Assembly (NCBI RefSeq): GCF_006345805.1
Contig: NC_042997.1
Coordinates: forward strand, 65,410,001-65,474,000
Direction: 5' to 3'
From: Octopus sinensis
Lineage: Eukaryota
Length of the DNA: 64,000 nucleotides
Below are positions 27,451 through 41,698 of this stretch, one piece after another. The translations under genes were made by a program, and so were the position numbers. The notes under the pieces were generated by a model. That model had not been told where the DNA came from. It saw only the letters and a program-made list of their open reading frames with translations, and did no database searches. How positions within the stretch are numbered: the stretch's first letter is position 1; each line of letters opens with the position of its first letter.

Positions 27451-27655
27451 TATTTTATCTTTCTTTTACTTGTTTCAGTCCTTAGACTTTGATCATGCTA
27501 AGGCACCGTCCTAAAGAATTATGGTCGAACGAATCGATCTCAATACTAATTTTTTGAAGCCTAGCACTCTATTGCCGAACAGCAGAATTACGGGAATGTA
27601 AACACAATACCAACACCGTTTGTCAAACGTAGGCCGGGATACACACAGATAAACC
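27451..27655 (-). mobile_element. SINE type A 3' half
   Basis: TCTTTTACTTGTTTCAGTC..ATGCT.AGGCACCG as at 6706. Confidence 0.65.
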
Positions 27656-27658
27656 ACA

Positions 27659-27696
<38 letters not shown>

Positions 27697-28268
27697 CACA
27701 CACATATTTATCAAGAGGGCTAACTTACTATTTCTCCATAGAATGAAAGCATGATGGACAACGTTAATCGAGTTTTTAATCTTAAGGCATTCTCATCAGA
27801 GTTATCTATAGCAATGTGATTCGATCAATCGCAGAGAAACAAACAGTCAATCTCTTATATACTCAACAATATCAGTAACTACAGGGAAGTGGAGCTAATA
27901 ATCTGCAAACCATAAATGCTAACACTTCCTTTAATGTCAGGGGACTGTTGACAGGGATTCAGTACATACAGTATCAAGGTATAATATAATAAATGTAATC
28001 TATTTCAACAGAAAAAATACCTCAATTAGTCATGATTATAAATCTGCTGATTTATAAACAGGGCTAATTTACGTGTTTCTACATAGAGTCGATTTTTGGA
28101 AAGTTATTGGACACTCATCAGAGGGGTCTGCAACAATTTGATGAATCCTTTGGTTTTTCTGTGTATGTATTCAGTATGAATACATACACAGCAACTTCAG
28201 TCGCTACAGGGAACCGAAGCTACTAATTTACATTCATATGTATATCTATCAATTTACACACACCGCAT

Positions 28269-28324
<56 letters not shown>

Positions 28325-28450
28325 ATATAGATGAGTGTATTTCTACCTTGTTAACAATTAACACGGAAAAAAATTGTTACCAGGGTAGCAAACTGTGTCG
28401 AAAGTAAAAATATTTGATTTACACCTGCGTTAAACTCCATTTATTTATTC

Positions 28451-28484
<34 letters not shown>

Positions 28485-28859
28485 CAATAATAACAAAGGG
28501 TAAAATTAATTAATGAAGAAGTAATCAGTAATTTCACCAAGTAGAATTCGGCATGAAAAAGACCAATTCATGGTAAGCTTATGTAATACTTTATAATTAA
28601 GGTTCAGCAAAGATTTGCTTCACCACATACCGAAGTTTAGAAATAGCAGTCAAAACATTTTAGCTATTCCTTCTACTTTAAAAGGGGCGCCCAGAAAAAC
28701 CAAAGTACTTGAAAATCCTGCGTGGATTGTTTTCAAGTACTTTGGCTTTTCTGGGAGCCCCTTTTAAAGTAGAAGGAATAGCTAAGATGTTTTGACTGCG
28801 ATTTCTAAACTTCGGTATGTGGTGAAGCAAATCTGTACTGAACCCTAATTATAAAGTAT
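28485..28859. mobile_element. Palindromic PLE pseudo-LTR-end element between (TA)n tracts
   Basis: Near-perfect hairpin 28586-28859 (loop about 28719-28723) preceded by an unpaired 100-bp tail. Homologous to 42342-42560 (AAGGGT.AAATTAATTAAT..ACCAAGTAG..TTCGGCATG..CCACATACCGAA.TTTAGAAATAGCAGTCAAA). Confidence 0.85.
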
Positions 28860-28868
28860 ATATATATG

Positions 28869-28912
<44 letters not shown>

Positions 28913-28915
<3 letters not shown>

Positions 28916-29605
28916 AACATCTATTCCAATATCCACCACAACCTAGGAATAGAGGCAATTCAATTCTGGCTAGAGAATTACGCCAATGAACAACCACATC
29001 GCATCAAAAAAGGATTCTTGATAGAAGGTTTAAAACTCATCCTGGAAAATAACTACTTCATCTTCAAAGACAACTTCTATCGACAAAAATCGGAGACTGC
29101 GATGGGTACGAGAATGACCCCCTCCTTTACTAACCTAGTCATGGGATATCTAGAAATTAGTCTTTATCGTAAAGTTCTAGAAAAATACGGCAGCCCATTC
29201 TCCCTCTACATAGAAAATAACTAGAAGAAATACCTGGACAACTGTTTCATTCTTTGGCATGAAAATATAGAGAAACTTAAAGAATTCCAAGCACTTATAA
29301 ATGGACTTGATGTAAACATTCAATTCACGATAGAATATAGCCATCAACAACTTCCCTTCCTCGACATCCTCATGAAGAAATCTAACAACGTAATAGCAAC
29401 AGATATATACTATAAGCCCACGGACTCCAAGCAATATCTACCGTTCAATTCATGCCAACCCAGACACACCAGAATTAATATCCCCTTCAACCTAGCAAAA
29501 AGGATATGTACTATAGTTGCTAATGCAAACACTAGAGATACACGACAACATGAACTAAAGTATACACTCATCACCAGAAACTACCCACCTTCACTAATTG
29601 ACAGA
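28913..29605 (+). pseudogene. Penelope-like element reverse transcriptase fragment (palm to thumb)
   Basis: Single frame: VNIYSNIHHNLGIEAIQFWL...LILENNYFIFKDNFYRQKSETAMGTRMTPSFTNLVMGYLE...N*KKYLDNCFILW...QLPFLDI...TDIYYKPTDSKQYLPFNSCQPRHTRINIPFNLAKRI. One TAG at 29222-29224; catalytic YIDD appears as YLDN. Confidence 0.92.
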
Positions 29606-30413
29606 ATAAGAATACAAATAAAGAAAAAGAGAGGGGGAAGAGTAGGAGTAAAAATATGGTATTGTTGAAGCTGGTTAAGGGAATGTTTTTGTGAGTTTAG
29701 GCTGGGGTCATTTACTGGGTCTACTGTAGAATAAATAAGTAAATATATCGTGGTGCCCTGTAACTACATTTCAACAGAGTCAAAGAAAAAGAAATTATAG
29801 GAGTGATAGTAAATTAGAATCTATTATAGATAGATATAACGGGAGAGAAGGAGAGGGAGGTGGACGATAATATTTTATGGTCAGTAGGGGACATAGAAGT
29901 TCTAGGTAAGTAGGTAGTTTATCACTTTATTTTAAAACTATACGAGGGTATATTAGCGCGCACCCTCGTATCCTTTTGTGCACCTGTAGCATCTTGTAAG
30001 TGCGCATACGCGCGTGGACTCTTGTAATTCTCATTTGTAGAAGGGAAGTGAAAGAGATAAAACTGGTAGGAAAATCTAAATTATAAAAAGATAAAGAAAT
30101 AAAACGAAAAATACAAAAAAATCAAAACTATAGAAATATAGAAATACGATAGTTGCTTCAAAGAAAGGGGAAAATGAAATAGAAAAATGGATGACCATGG
30201 GCAAAGTGTCGATAACAGTAGGGAAAAATTGCAGTGGAAGCACAGAGGAAAGAGGAGAAATAGAGGGAGAGGGAGGGAGGAAGAGAACGAGAGAGAGAAA
30301 GAGAAAGAAGAGAGATAGAAATAGAAGTCGTGCCTATAAGCACTTACTGTGAATAAAATGAAAGTACGTAGCGTTCCATTAATTGATAAGTTGAAAAACA
30401 TATAATAAATGCA

Positions 30414-30525
<112 letters not shown>

Positions 30526-31144
30526 GATAGATTATCATAAATGTTTGTGCATACAATAATGTATTTTATATTAATAATTTGATATTGAATCTATAGTTTA
30601 ACAATAAAAAGAACTACGCAGAATGGGAATTTATGTCAGTATTTCGGACAATACACGTTACTTGTAAATGAGATGCAATAATTATTTTTACATATATTGT
30701 AGATGAAATGAAAAGAAGGAATTATATTTTCAATATATATTTAGATGAGTCACACATAACACAATATAAGTGTAAATATTGTACTAAATGGAATTTATGC
30801 ACTTAATATTTTCCAAAGCGCTAAAAACTTCTGTTAGTTACCATCGTTAAAGTTTATCTTTTGGGATCAATTATATCATTCAATTTTATGTACATAGAAA
30901 CTAATCACAAATACATTACAATTAGATTCCTTTGCCATAAGTGGGCTTACGATTGCAGTTATTTTTAATCCCAAGGGTAAAGAGGGAATTGGATTAATCT
31001 AGGTAAAGTATTTTAAAGCTATGTTAACCGTTTTTGGTAAATCTTAGTACACGGGTTTCTTTAATAAATGCTGTGTCTCTTGGGGGAAATATAGTTCATG
31101 AAATATGTTGATTTTAGGATGTTTTTGAGAAAAATGTAATAAGT

Positions 31145-31375
31145 GGTTATTCCAATAGCAATTTCAAATTTTGGTACAAGGCCTGCAATTTGGGTGGGGG
31201 TGAGGATAAGTCGATTACATCGACCACAGAGTTCAACTGGGACTTATTTTATCGACCGCGAAAGGATGAAATGTGAAGTCGGACATATGCTGTGTGAACT
31301 CAAAACGTATGGACAGACGAAACGACGTTAAGCATTTTGCTCGGTATGCTAACGATTATGCCAGGTCGCGGCCCT
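31145..31375 (-). mobile_element. SINE type B
   Basis: Revcomp GGCCGCGACCTGGCATAATCGTTAGCATACCG..TTTTGAGTTCACA..TTCATCCTTTCGCGGTCGATAAAATAAG. Confidence 0.75.
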
Positions 31376-31992
31376 AATTGGTTATTCTAATAATACAAAT
31401 ATATAACGGATACATTTGAGAAGATTATGACACTTAATGATATTGTAGTAAAAAAAATTAGTTTTACTAATACATACATAGAGCTAAATATACAATAGCA
31501 ACATTTTCCAATAATATATTTCATTACAAAACATGAATAATTGTATATCCATAATTATGTATACATTATTTGTAAACTTAAACAGTAGTCATACAAACAT
31601 GTTAATTTTTACCTATTTCTCTGTAGAAAGAAAAAAATTAAGAACAGCTTTAAGCGATTTTTGACGTGCATTTGGATTACCTCAAAGGTATCTACATCAG
31701 CCTAACAATCCTCAAAAAGAAAAGCAAACAAGTAACCATTTTATTAATATATACACATCAAATTTAGTAGCAATACTTGTGCCGACTCGTACCCTCAGTC
31801 ATTTTAGTGGCGTATATATTTCTGCCTTGCGATTGTAGAAATGCAAAGAAGCCACTCTTATTATTTATTTGTGTGTTGTGCGCGCGAGTGTGTATGTGCA
31901 CGCGCCTGCATGTGTGCGTGTATGTATGTATGTATAAATACACACACACACACATATATATATATATTATATATATATATATATACATATGA

Positions 31993-32043
<51 letters not shown>

Positions 32044-32099
32044 TATACATATCAATGTGTATATATATATATATATATATATAAAAAGCAGCCTGTTGA

Positions 32100-32148
<49 letters not shown>

Positions 32149-33948
32149 CATTGTAGATTTGTGCCTCATGATGTTCATAAAGAAGCCTAACAACTCCTTA
32201 ATTGCACAGAGAGATTAATATACACCTTGCATATCATAAAATAATAATGTTATTCATAGGATTGTGTGAGACAATATTATGTATATGTGCGAAGTGCAGA
32301 TTATTTACTGATGGCAATGTACTTTATGTTGAAACAAAAGTATTATTTTCTCAAAAACAATACAACTGTAATAAGGTGACGAAAATAATTACATTGGATT
32401 ATGGGCATAACCAATAAATAAGGCAACGTGCATATACACTGAAGTAAAACAAATGTAGAAACTTGTTCAGATTTGTATAAGAGCATATAAAATTAGTTAT
32501 CTCTATATGCACAAAAAGATGAATATAAATGATGTACGTTTTACTATCATATTATCTTTTACCTGTAATGTAGTGTTAGAAATCTGTATTCCAACTACAT
32601 GATGCTGAAAGCATTAAAATCAAATACCTTCAAATAAAAACTTCGTTTATGTTGTCGCTTCATATCAGAAATATTTATATCATGTAGAGTATATATTATA
32701 AATCACATTTTCAAATATGTTTAAGCAATGCTGTTAACTAATTTAATAATATGCAGAAAATATATGGTATCTAATAGAAAGTGGGGAAAGTGGAATGCAG
32801 TAAAGTATAAATTGCATAAATTAAGGTAACATTAAAGTGGATAAAAGCAAAGTAGATATAAAAGAAGGAAATTAGAAATAAAACAAAACATTGCTTAATT
32901 TGAATAAGTTGTACATGATTATGTAATTTGAAATGATTATTAGACATGAGATGTAATCAGTTCATTTAATAGTAATAAATAGATAACTTGTAATACAGTT
33001 GATTACTTATATAATATAGCTAACTTTAAAGAAGCTTAATATATTGATGATTGGAGAGAAACGTGAAGGTTACAAATTTAATAATAGAATATATATAGTA
33101 AAATCACTGAAAGTAATTGAGTTTAAATTTAACAAATTAAATAAATATATGAATAGGTTGAATTCACCTTCTAAATACGTTTGGGTTTTAGCAGTTTTGA
33201 TTGTCTTGTTCATTAACGTTTTATAACAACGAAAACATGTTATAGTGAAGAAGAAATTTTATGTGATTATAGCTATATCAGATATTTTAGTGGAAACGTC
33301 TTAAGTTGTCTATACTACCGTAAGCATGTTTTGGTGTAATAAAATAAAAGCATACGGACGAATAACAAGTTTCATAGTTATTTTGATCTCCAATCAGGTT
33401 TTCCTCTGTGTATATATGTGATTTTCATTTAGCAAACGTGTGTCATACATAAGGCGCGCGGAACGGATATCTGTCTGTGGCAATATATATTCTGAACTGT
33501 AGCTTAAGTCCATTACAGCATTTATTTTTAAATTTTAATTTATTCTGTGGCAAATATTTCACTAAAATGCGCTAGAGCTGATGGCCAAATACAATCGTGG
33601 TTAATGTCAGTTATGATTAGTGAAATCGGCACAATTTTGGGAATTTTGTGAGATATCAACCTCTAAAAATATACTTTTGAATTCATATACTAAATTAATG
33701 GGCTATTCTACTGCATTATTTCTTTACGAACGAAGCCAAACAGAAGTCATTTTATCCCCATTTGTACGCACCAGCTTTCGGAATGGATTCTAGTGATGTA
33801 AATGATACTGAGATATTTTGAAGCTGTAATAGTACAAGACGCTTATCTTCATTGGCCTCCTCAAGAACTATAAACGTTTATTTGGACAATTTCTATTTTT
33901 ATTCTCCTATTTTTGTTGTTATTCTAAATAACACTTCCGTGATAGAAA

Positions 33949-33987
<39 letters not shown>

Positions 33988-33997
<10 letters not shown>

Positions 33998-34853
33998 GGT
34001 GAATAAATTATCGTCTAAATTACGCAAAAATGAAAATAACACTGACACCTCATTTAAGATATATCTTTATCAAAATTGCATAAAAATATCTTGAAATACT
34101 AAAGAGCAAATTTATTCAATAAAATTATCATTGGCTTCAACCACGGCCTTCAGACGACATCGAGTTCTCTTACAACTCTTCTGGTCGGTCGCCTTGTTTA
34201 AGTTGGTTAATACTGCCAGAATCTTTCCCTTCAGTTCACCGCTGGTATTACAAGGACTTTTGTTGATCTCTAGCTCAACTGCGCCCCACACATTATAAAC
34301 AAGGGAGTTGAAGTTTGGGGAGTTAGGTGGCCAGATGTTAGGAGTGATGTGGTCGCAGAAATTGTCTGACTGCCATGATTGGGTTCTTCTTCCTGTGTGG
34401 CATGATGCAGTGTCCTGTTGCCAGCCAGGGTCTTCCAGCAGCCAACCTCGTTATCGAGGGCAGCACTAACTCCTCCGGGCACTTGATGTAGGCTTCCGCG
34501 TTGAGTATGATGTAGTGTGGGAAGATGAATGGAGGCATAATATCGCCATCACTAGTGATCACTCCAAACACCATAATGTTGATTGCATGTTTGATTTTTA
34601 TCACTCTCGGTACATGTCCTCAGATTGACACTCAAACACTCTGAAATGTTCGTATTGGTGCTTCCGGTGCGAATGCCAAGCAGCATAGCATGTCCTTTTC
34701 AAATTCTTGGCAGAGTGAATTGCATCATGGTGCTGTTTTTCTCACAGACGATGCACAGCTATACTGCTTAGGCGACAAATTCAAAAACAAAGAATGCGCT
34801 TGCGCAGTATTTAAAAATATAAAATGGCGACAATTTACCCCTCACACCCTGTA
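33988..34853 (-). mobile_element. Tc1/mariner maT (DD37D-type) element, N-terminal region deleted
   Basis: TA-bounded ends TACAG..TG.G....TAAATT.TCG.C. Peptides IKHAINIMVFGVITSDGDIMPPFIFP and WPPNSP..PL, ending EAVVEANDNFIE. Confidence 0.85.
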
Positions 34854-35149
34854 CTAAATCGATGGGTTTACCTAATCATTTCTCCTCAAAAACCTTGCTG
34901 GTGTTCTCTAGATATTCTCGTCTATTTACTGTGGTCTACATATAAAAAATGAGCTCTTTATTGATAACAGCCCCTATCCGAATCACGAGATCTAGTTTAT
35001 GTTTCTAATTTATGCTTCTATATCATGCTTTAGCATAAGCAATTAAGCGCATTGTACTTGAAGGTACACACTATTACAATACAAGCATATACGCTAATAC
35101 TTGTTTCCTGCACACACCTACACAACGTCTTGCATGAATAAAATACACG

Positions 35150-35950
35150 TTTACACTAGTATACTGAAATTGAACGCTTGAGCTAAACAAACAGGATTCT
35201 CAGCGATTGCTTTTAGTCACACTTCACAATCCCTTTGATAAACCAATCAGTGAATGTTATCCAACGAATTATCATAATCACGTCACAGTAGAATGTTGTC
35301 ATTGTGGTCGTTTGTTGTTTCTCCATGGTATCTTTTGTTACAACACAGTATTTTTACACAGCCTCGTACCTACGTATTTACCCCAAGATGCTCGATTTTA
35401 ATGATATCGTTTCTGCTATATTTCGGAAACAACGGTATGTACTTTATATAATGCTCTGGAAAGCTATTAAGCAGTAATTTTCTGAATTAGCAAGCTGCCA
35501 ATACCCTTCACTCTAGCCCAACATATTTTTCCTCATTGTTATCTCTAGTCTCCCACCGAGCCCACACCAAAAATGTTTTCCAATCTTCCCTCAAGCTTCA
35601 CAAGTTGAAAATTCCCATCTCAATTGTTTTTTATTATATTATTTTTTTCCAAAATTGGAGATCTGTAGAAATTAAAACAACACATCGACTGCTGCGATAT
35701 TACCTAGAAATATTGTAGGCGTTGCCCTTCCTTTTATTACTAATAGCACAAATAACATAGCTGCTTGTGTTGCTGGGAACAACAAGAATTATAAATTGTT
35801 GCAGTATTTTAATACAATAACTCATTCCATATCTATTTACTGTCTGTGAATAGTGATAAGAAAATACATTTAGAAATGATAGCCGGAAGCTACATAGCAT
35901 TTACTCAATAGTTTTACATATGGAATCGATTAGAAATCAAATAACTGCAC
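35150..35950 (-). mobile_element. Possible very old piggyBac transposase remnant
   Basis: NRYGMSYCIKI...VPSNTSSYVICAISNKRKG resembles piggyBac KYGIKI....DS.T.YV.NA..Y.GK. Otherwise heavily decayed. Confidence 0.27.
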
Positions 35951-36367
35951 AGAGTCAAGGAGAGATTGGAGGAAGGGATGGGGGGGAGAGAGATCTTGTT
36001 TATTAAACCATATTTTGCAAACAAAATTTTCACCTAAGTACGGGTTTTGTTTCTTTTCAATTTAAATCAGTTAACTCATTCACGTTAAACAAATTGAATT
36101 AATTAACTTGCTGAATCACAGATAGCAATCAATTTTATGATATTTGAAGAAAATGTGATTATACCTATAGGGCGATACACATATTAATGTCTTTAAGATG
36201 ATTTCACGAACGGCACATTAATGTTTGACATCAGAATGCAAAGGTAATAATTAAATTATATGTAAATTAAACACCCTGAGATTGAGTGATTTTCATTTTA
36301 TAGTATTTGTGTATATATATTTATATATATATATATATGTATGTATGTACATATATATATGTATATG

Positions 36368-36451
<84 letters not shown>

Positions 36452-36457
36452 ATTACA

Positions 36458-37145
36458 TACAGAGTAGCGCACAAAATAGCAACTTGGCTTCCGTACCATA
36501 GTCTAAATACAAAAATAATTTACACAGACAAAAACGTACCGAACCTTACGTTTGCAAGTGTCATTGAGTTATTTCGACTGCTTCAAACTACTAAACAAAG
36601 ATGGTGCACTAGTCGACTGCTTGCTACGTTATCCTCACCGCATCCTCACCACACTAGTTAATTGTCAGATTTCATCGAGTGAACATACCTATATTTCTCT
36701 TCAAGATGACGTACTCAATTGCAGAAAGAGTAGAGATTTTGGAAGCTTCTGTGAAAACGGGTTCTGTTAAGCAAACACGGGAAATTTTTTAAGTCAAATT
36801 TACAGGTAAATGCTTACCGACAAAGAGAACGATACAAATGTTGGTTAAAAAGTGGATCGCTATGTGGTCAGTGCACAACGCCCAAAAGCCAAGATATCCT
36901 ATAGTTCGAACGCCAGAAGCTATTCAGAGTATTTACCAAAGTATTATTACTCGAAGGCCAAAGGGATCAGCACATACGTTAGGGCAATAAATAAGCAGGT
37001 GAAGCCAGCAGGGGTTAAAAAGCCTAAAGTTGAACAATTTTCAAAATCTTGTGTGAAGTTGAGTCCTTTCCACTACTTGTAAATTTATTACTGTATTTAC
37101 ACGATGTCACAAAAACCGGGCTACATTCTCGTGCGCCACTCTGTA
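36458..37145 (+). mobile_element. rosa/DD41D-like Tc1/mariner deletion derivative (N-terminal HTH only)
   Basis: TIRs TACAGAGT.GCGCAC.A at both ends with TA. From 36706: MTYSIAERVEILEASVKTGSVKQTREIF*VKF...PTKRTIQMLVKKW...SVHNAQKPRYPIVRTPEAIQ. Confidence 0.75.
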
Positions 37146-37289
37146 TAAGAGAACAGGCTTCGTTTTGTGTTAAAAAGGTTGTTTCATAAACACGAAGCTT
37201 AGGATTCAGTCCCATTTCGTGGTCTCTTATCATGAAGTCTGGGGCTAATCAATACTTTGTGTGTGTATGTGTGAATGTTGTGTGATGGG

Positions 37290-37460
37290 GCGAGTGTGCG
37301 TGATTTTGTATTTGTCTGTCATCCCACTGTTACAAACGGTGTTGGTTTTGTATATGCCCAGGTAAGCAGGTGGTTCGATTAAAGAAACCGACAGAATAAG
37401 TACCAGATTTGAAAAAAAGTAAGAATCAGGATCGATTTCTGCGACTAATATCTTCAAGAA
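37290..37460 (+). mobile_element. SINE type A 3' half, diverged
   Basis: CAAACGGTGTTGGT..GGTTCG..AAAGAAACCGACAGAATAAGTACCAG. Confidence 0.55.
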
Positions 37461-37858
37461 TAGAGTCTCATAGTGGTGGTTGAATGATAGAAACTAGTAA
37501 ACGTTAAATATAATAGATATTTACGCTTGACAGGAAAATGATAGACCTGTTGAAGAAGCAGTTGAGGTTAGAGTGTTCAATGCCACCTGAAAAGACATTT
37601 GTTTTTTCTTACCTGTTACGTATGAATGTCAAATACTGCAGGTTATTGAGGGCTAGGGGAAAAGTTACATAACATTGTTAAGCACCATATTCTTTATCTT
37701 ATTTAGTGTATGAAACAGAATAAGGTTGAATGTCACACTTTTGTGAACAATTGTACAAGCACCTAAATATACACAGGAAAATAGACAGATAGACAGAGAG
37801 GCAGGCAGGCAGGCAGACAGGCAGACAGACAGGTAGGCAGGCAGGCAGGCAGGCAGAA

Positions 37859-37982
<124 letters not shown>

Positions 37983-38310
37983 TAGATAGAGGTGGCGGGA
38001 AAGAGAGAGAATTTCTGTGTATGCGTATGAATGTAGGTATGTATCTGTGTATCTCAGAATCGACAAACGCGTATAGCAAAAAACGTGGATACAATTATGA
38101 GGAGTGTGAAATGTGAGTAACCAAATGATTAAACTAAAGCTACAATCGACGGCGGTGTTTCTCTCATCTTAGCTCTAAAATAGGATCAACATACATCATT
38201 AATGTGCTTCACTACAGCTGAGCTGGTAATGTATATCGATAGTTGTGTATTTATATGTAAATAACATATACACATCCCATATACACACACAGACTCACAC
38301 ATACACACGT

Positions 38311-38346
<36 letters not shown>

Positions 38347-38454
38347 AGACATACATATATATGTATACATACATATACAAATATATATATATGTAAATCA
38401 GAATGTATGTATATGTCATGTATATATATAAAGTCATGTATATATTTGTATGTG

Positions 38455-38508
<54 letters not shown>

Positions 38509-38664
38509 ATATGTGTGTGCACATATGCAAATATAGGTACATAATATATCATATAAAAATATTTACACACATATATACACGCATGTATAGACATATCAAT
38601 ACATACAAACATATATATATATGACTGCATATATATATTAAATATGATATACATATATATGAAT

Positions 38665-38738
<74 letters not shown>

Positions 38739-39558
38739 AGTATGTATGTATGTATGTAGGTAAGTAGGAATTCATTCATGATGTAACAAGTACAAGAAAA
38801 ATGATGTGTCGAGAAATAAATATTAAGAAAAAGTATGTGAGTAGAGAAGACGATGAAAAAGATTGAGTGATAAAAGAATATTGCAGCAAATTCTGGAAAG
38901 ATCTTCAAATAGAATGTTTTAAAGGAATAATAGGATAGATTCTAGGAAGCCATGTATAAGAGTTGAATAGATGTGCATACACGCAATATGTAACAAAGAA
39001 AACATTTCTGTTGTGCAATAAACCATAAAATTCACTATCTTTTATTGATGTCATAAAAACAAATGACCAAAAACAATACAAACAAAACAGGTTAGAATTA
39101 AAAGCAAATCAAAACAACAGCTTATCTTTTAGTGATCGTTTCCACTCTAAGATAAATTTTCTATATATTTATTGTACTATTTTTCTCTTTTTGCTTAAAG
39201 TGACACAGCTAAAATTGCAATTGAATCAGCTGTGAGGCGTGAGAAGGTCAAATATGCAAAGCTCTTTCAAGAAGTTAACGTCACTTTACAAAAGAATGAC
39301 ATATATAAAACATTAATCAGTTTATTTCTGTGTGACTTGTTTTTCTTTCTACTTTCTCTTTTGTCGAGGCTCGGAGTTCAAGGGAAATATTTTTGTGTTA
39401 TTTTGTTTTCCCTTTAGTTAGAGACCAGAGGAAACTTCTAACAAAAAGACATGTATTTCCATTCAACCATGCGTGTTTGAATTTCTAGATTCAATGATTT
39501 TGCATAAACAATTCAAATAAGGCATTGCATATATATATATATATATATAAATATAATT

Positions 39559-39624
<66 letters not shown>

Positions 39625-39642
39625 CATACATATACTTATATA

Positions 39643-39673
<31 letters not shown>

Positions 39674-40179
39674 GTATGTATAAGAATATATAAATATAAT
39701 TTATATATGTATATGCGTATATGTATATATATATATATATATATCTAGATACACACAAGCACACATATATACTTATATGTAGTGTGTGTGTATACAATAT
39801 ATGTATGTATGCATACATACATATCTCGTTTGTCATAATGTAAAATGTGAATTTAGAATTCCATGAATTATTGCCATGTTATGGTTCAAATGCAAAACCA
39901 GTAAACACGAATAAATTCGAATTTAAATACGTGACTGCTACAAACATCGGTGTTTAATGGTTGAATACTCCGAAGGAAAAGTGAACGTTACATTCTATAT
40001 CTTTTCTCAAATATTCTAGCCGATGGTAGATTCACAGAATTGCTAGAGCAGCAGAGTATACGATTTGTGATATTTTCTTGTTCCCTTGTACGTTATTAGT
40101 TCAAATCACAGAGAATTCAAATTTACAGTTCTTTGTTTTAGGAGAGAATGAAAATACAGCTTCCAAGTAATGCATTCAG

Positions 40180-41655
40180 TAATATTGTCAGTCTCTTTCC
40201 CACCTCCTGCAGCCTTAGGGTCCTTCGGCGGGCAACCATTGTTGCTCGCTTTCTTCCTTTTTAATCATTTTTGGGTTGAGTTTGCTTCGGTCTCCTCAAC
40301 CACATCCATCTCTCCCTTTTTACCGGGAGACTGTTCCAGGACCTTACCATGGTCCTGGGGGCAGTTCTTTTTAATGTGGCCTGGCTGCAAGAACGAATGA
40401 CACTTGTGGGGACGCCCCTCATATATAACCGGATACCTGCCGCCAGCCATTTAAAAAAAAACTGGAAAAGCAAGATTTGGTGCGGCCGATGGGGTCCACA
40501 GGGTCAAAATCTCTTGTGACCCTTCCCAATCGACCGCCGGCGATACCCTTACATTTAAGAGCCTGGGCCCGCTATTCTTCAGTCCCTGTTGGATGGTATC
40601 ATCAATCCAACGTACCTAGGTGCCTGGGGAGTAACCCATGTACCCATGCTCTTATTAATTTCCTCCCACAGTACGACGTGAGGAACAGAATTTCGTTGCT
40701 CTCCAAGGGCTGGCTTGCAAAATTGCGAGACTCCTCCGGCGTGTCAAACAGCAGCCTTACGGCTGCATGCTTGACACCGCGGTATATGTATTTCATAGAA
40801 GACAAATAGTCTTTCAGTTATTTTCGTATAGTTGGTTTTGGGAAGACGGAGATGGTATCAAGAACATTAGAGTAAGTTCTAACCACCATCGTCCTCTCCT
40901 CCATATCTTTTAACTAGTGCTTGGATGGAGTAATTTCCCACTCCAAGACAGGGTTCTTCTTTTTAAGTTCATTCTCTTCCATGTCCAAAAAGAACAGTTC
41001 AAAAGCAGTTCACAAAAATAATCCACCAAAAATTAAAACCGGATAAAAAGAGAAGAAAAACAAAATAATAGAGAAGAAAAAAACTGAAATTAAAATTAAT
41101 GAGAAAAAGAATGAACCGTAATTTAGAAAGAAAGAAAAAATGGAAGAAGGGAAAAAAATAAAAAGAAAACAATGCATACAAATAGAACAGACAAGGAATC
41201 CTTAGCTCTGTATAATACTCCAACAGGCAAATCCAATAGTCAGGGGTCTTCTCGGTAGTACTCCAGTTAGGTAATATCCACAGAGTACCACTTTTTCTAG
41301 CGAAATACGCACACCAGAATGTACAAGTTATTTGGCGAAAAACCAATTGCCTCACAGAATTTTACCCCAAAGAAGTTTTCAAACAATTCTCTTTCCACCG
41401 TTATGGCGACGAGAACACAATATTTTTGCTCGCTGGGCGAGCTATAATTTGAAGGCGCCAAGGCAGACGAAATCGCCTCAGAGCTAGGCAGAAACTTACT
41501 GAAATAAAGAAAACACACAATAAATTCCCACCCAGCTCGGAGGACAAAAACAACACCTCACCTTGACGACTTTTCTTTTTGTTCTCTTTTTCCATTCACG
41601 GAGCCAAAGATCGCGTCTTCTCTCTCGGTAAGCAAGAGGCCAACTAGCGGTACAT
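40180..41655 (-). mobile_element. 5' half (5'UTR plus broken ORF1) of an L1/Tx1-like LINE
   Basis: VKHAAVRLLFDTPEESRNFASQPLESNEILFLTSYCGRKLIRAWVHGL and YEGRPHKCHSFLQPGHIKKNCP (zinc knuckle) parallel the ORF1 at 55187-56527. No ORF2 follows. Confidence 0.7.
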
Positions 41656-41660
41656 GACTT

Positions 41661-41698
41661 TAAGCAAGCTACTTACCACACAGCCACTCCTGCACCTA
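41661..41698 (-). mobile_element. Truncated SINE type A head
   Basis: Revcomp TAGGTGCAGGAGTGGCTGTGTGGTAAGTAGCTTGCTTA. Confidence 0.75.

Noticed and set aside
28060-28125. Minus-strand CTGATGA...GAAACACGTA hammerhead-like spacing
   Set aside because: Helix I and helix II cannot be paired.
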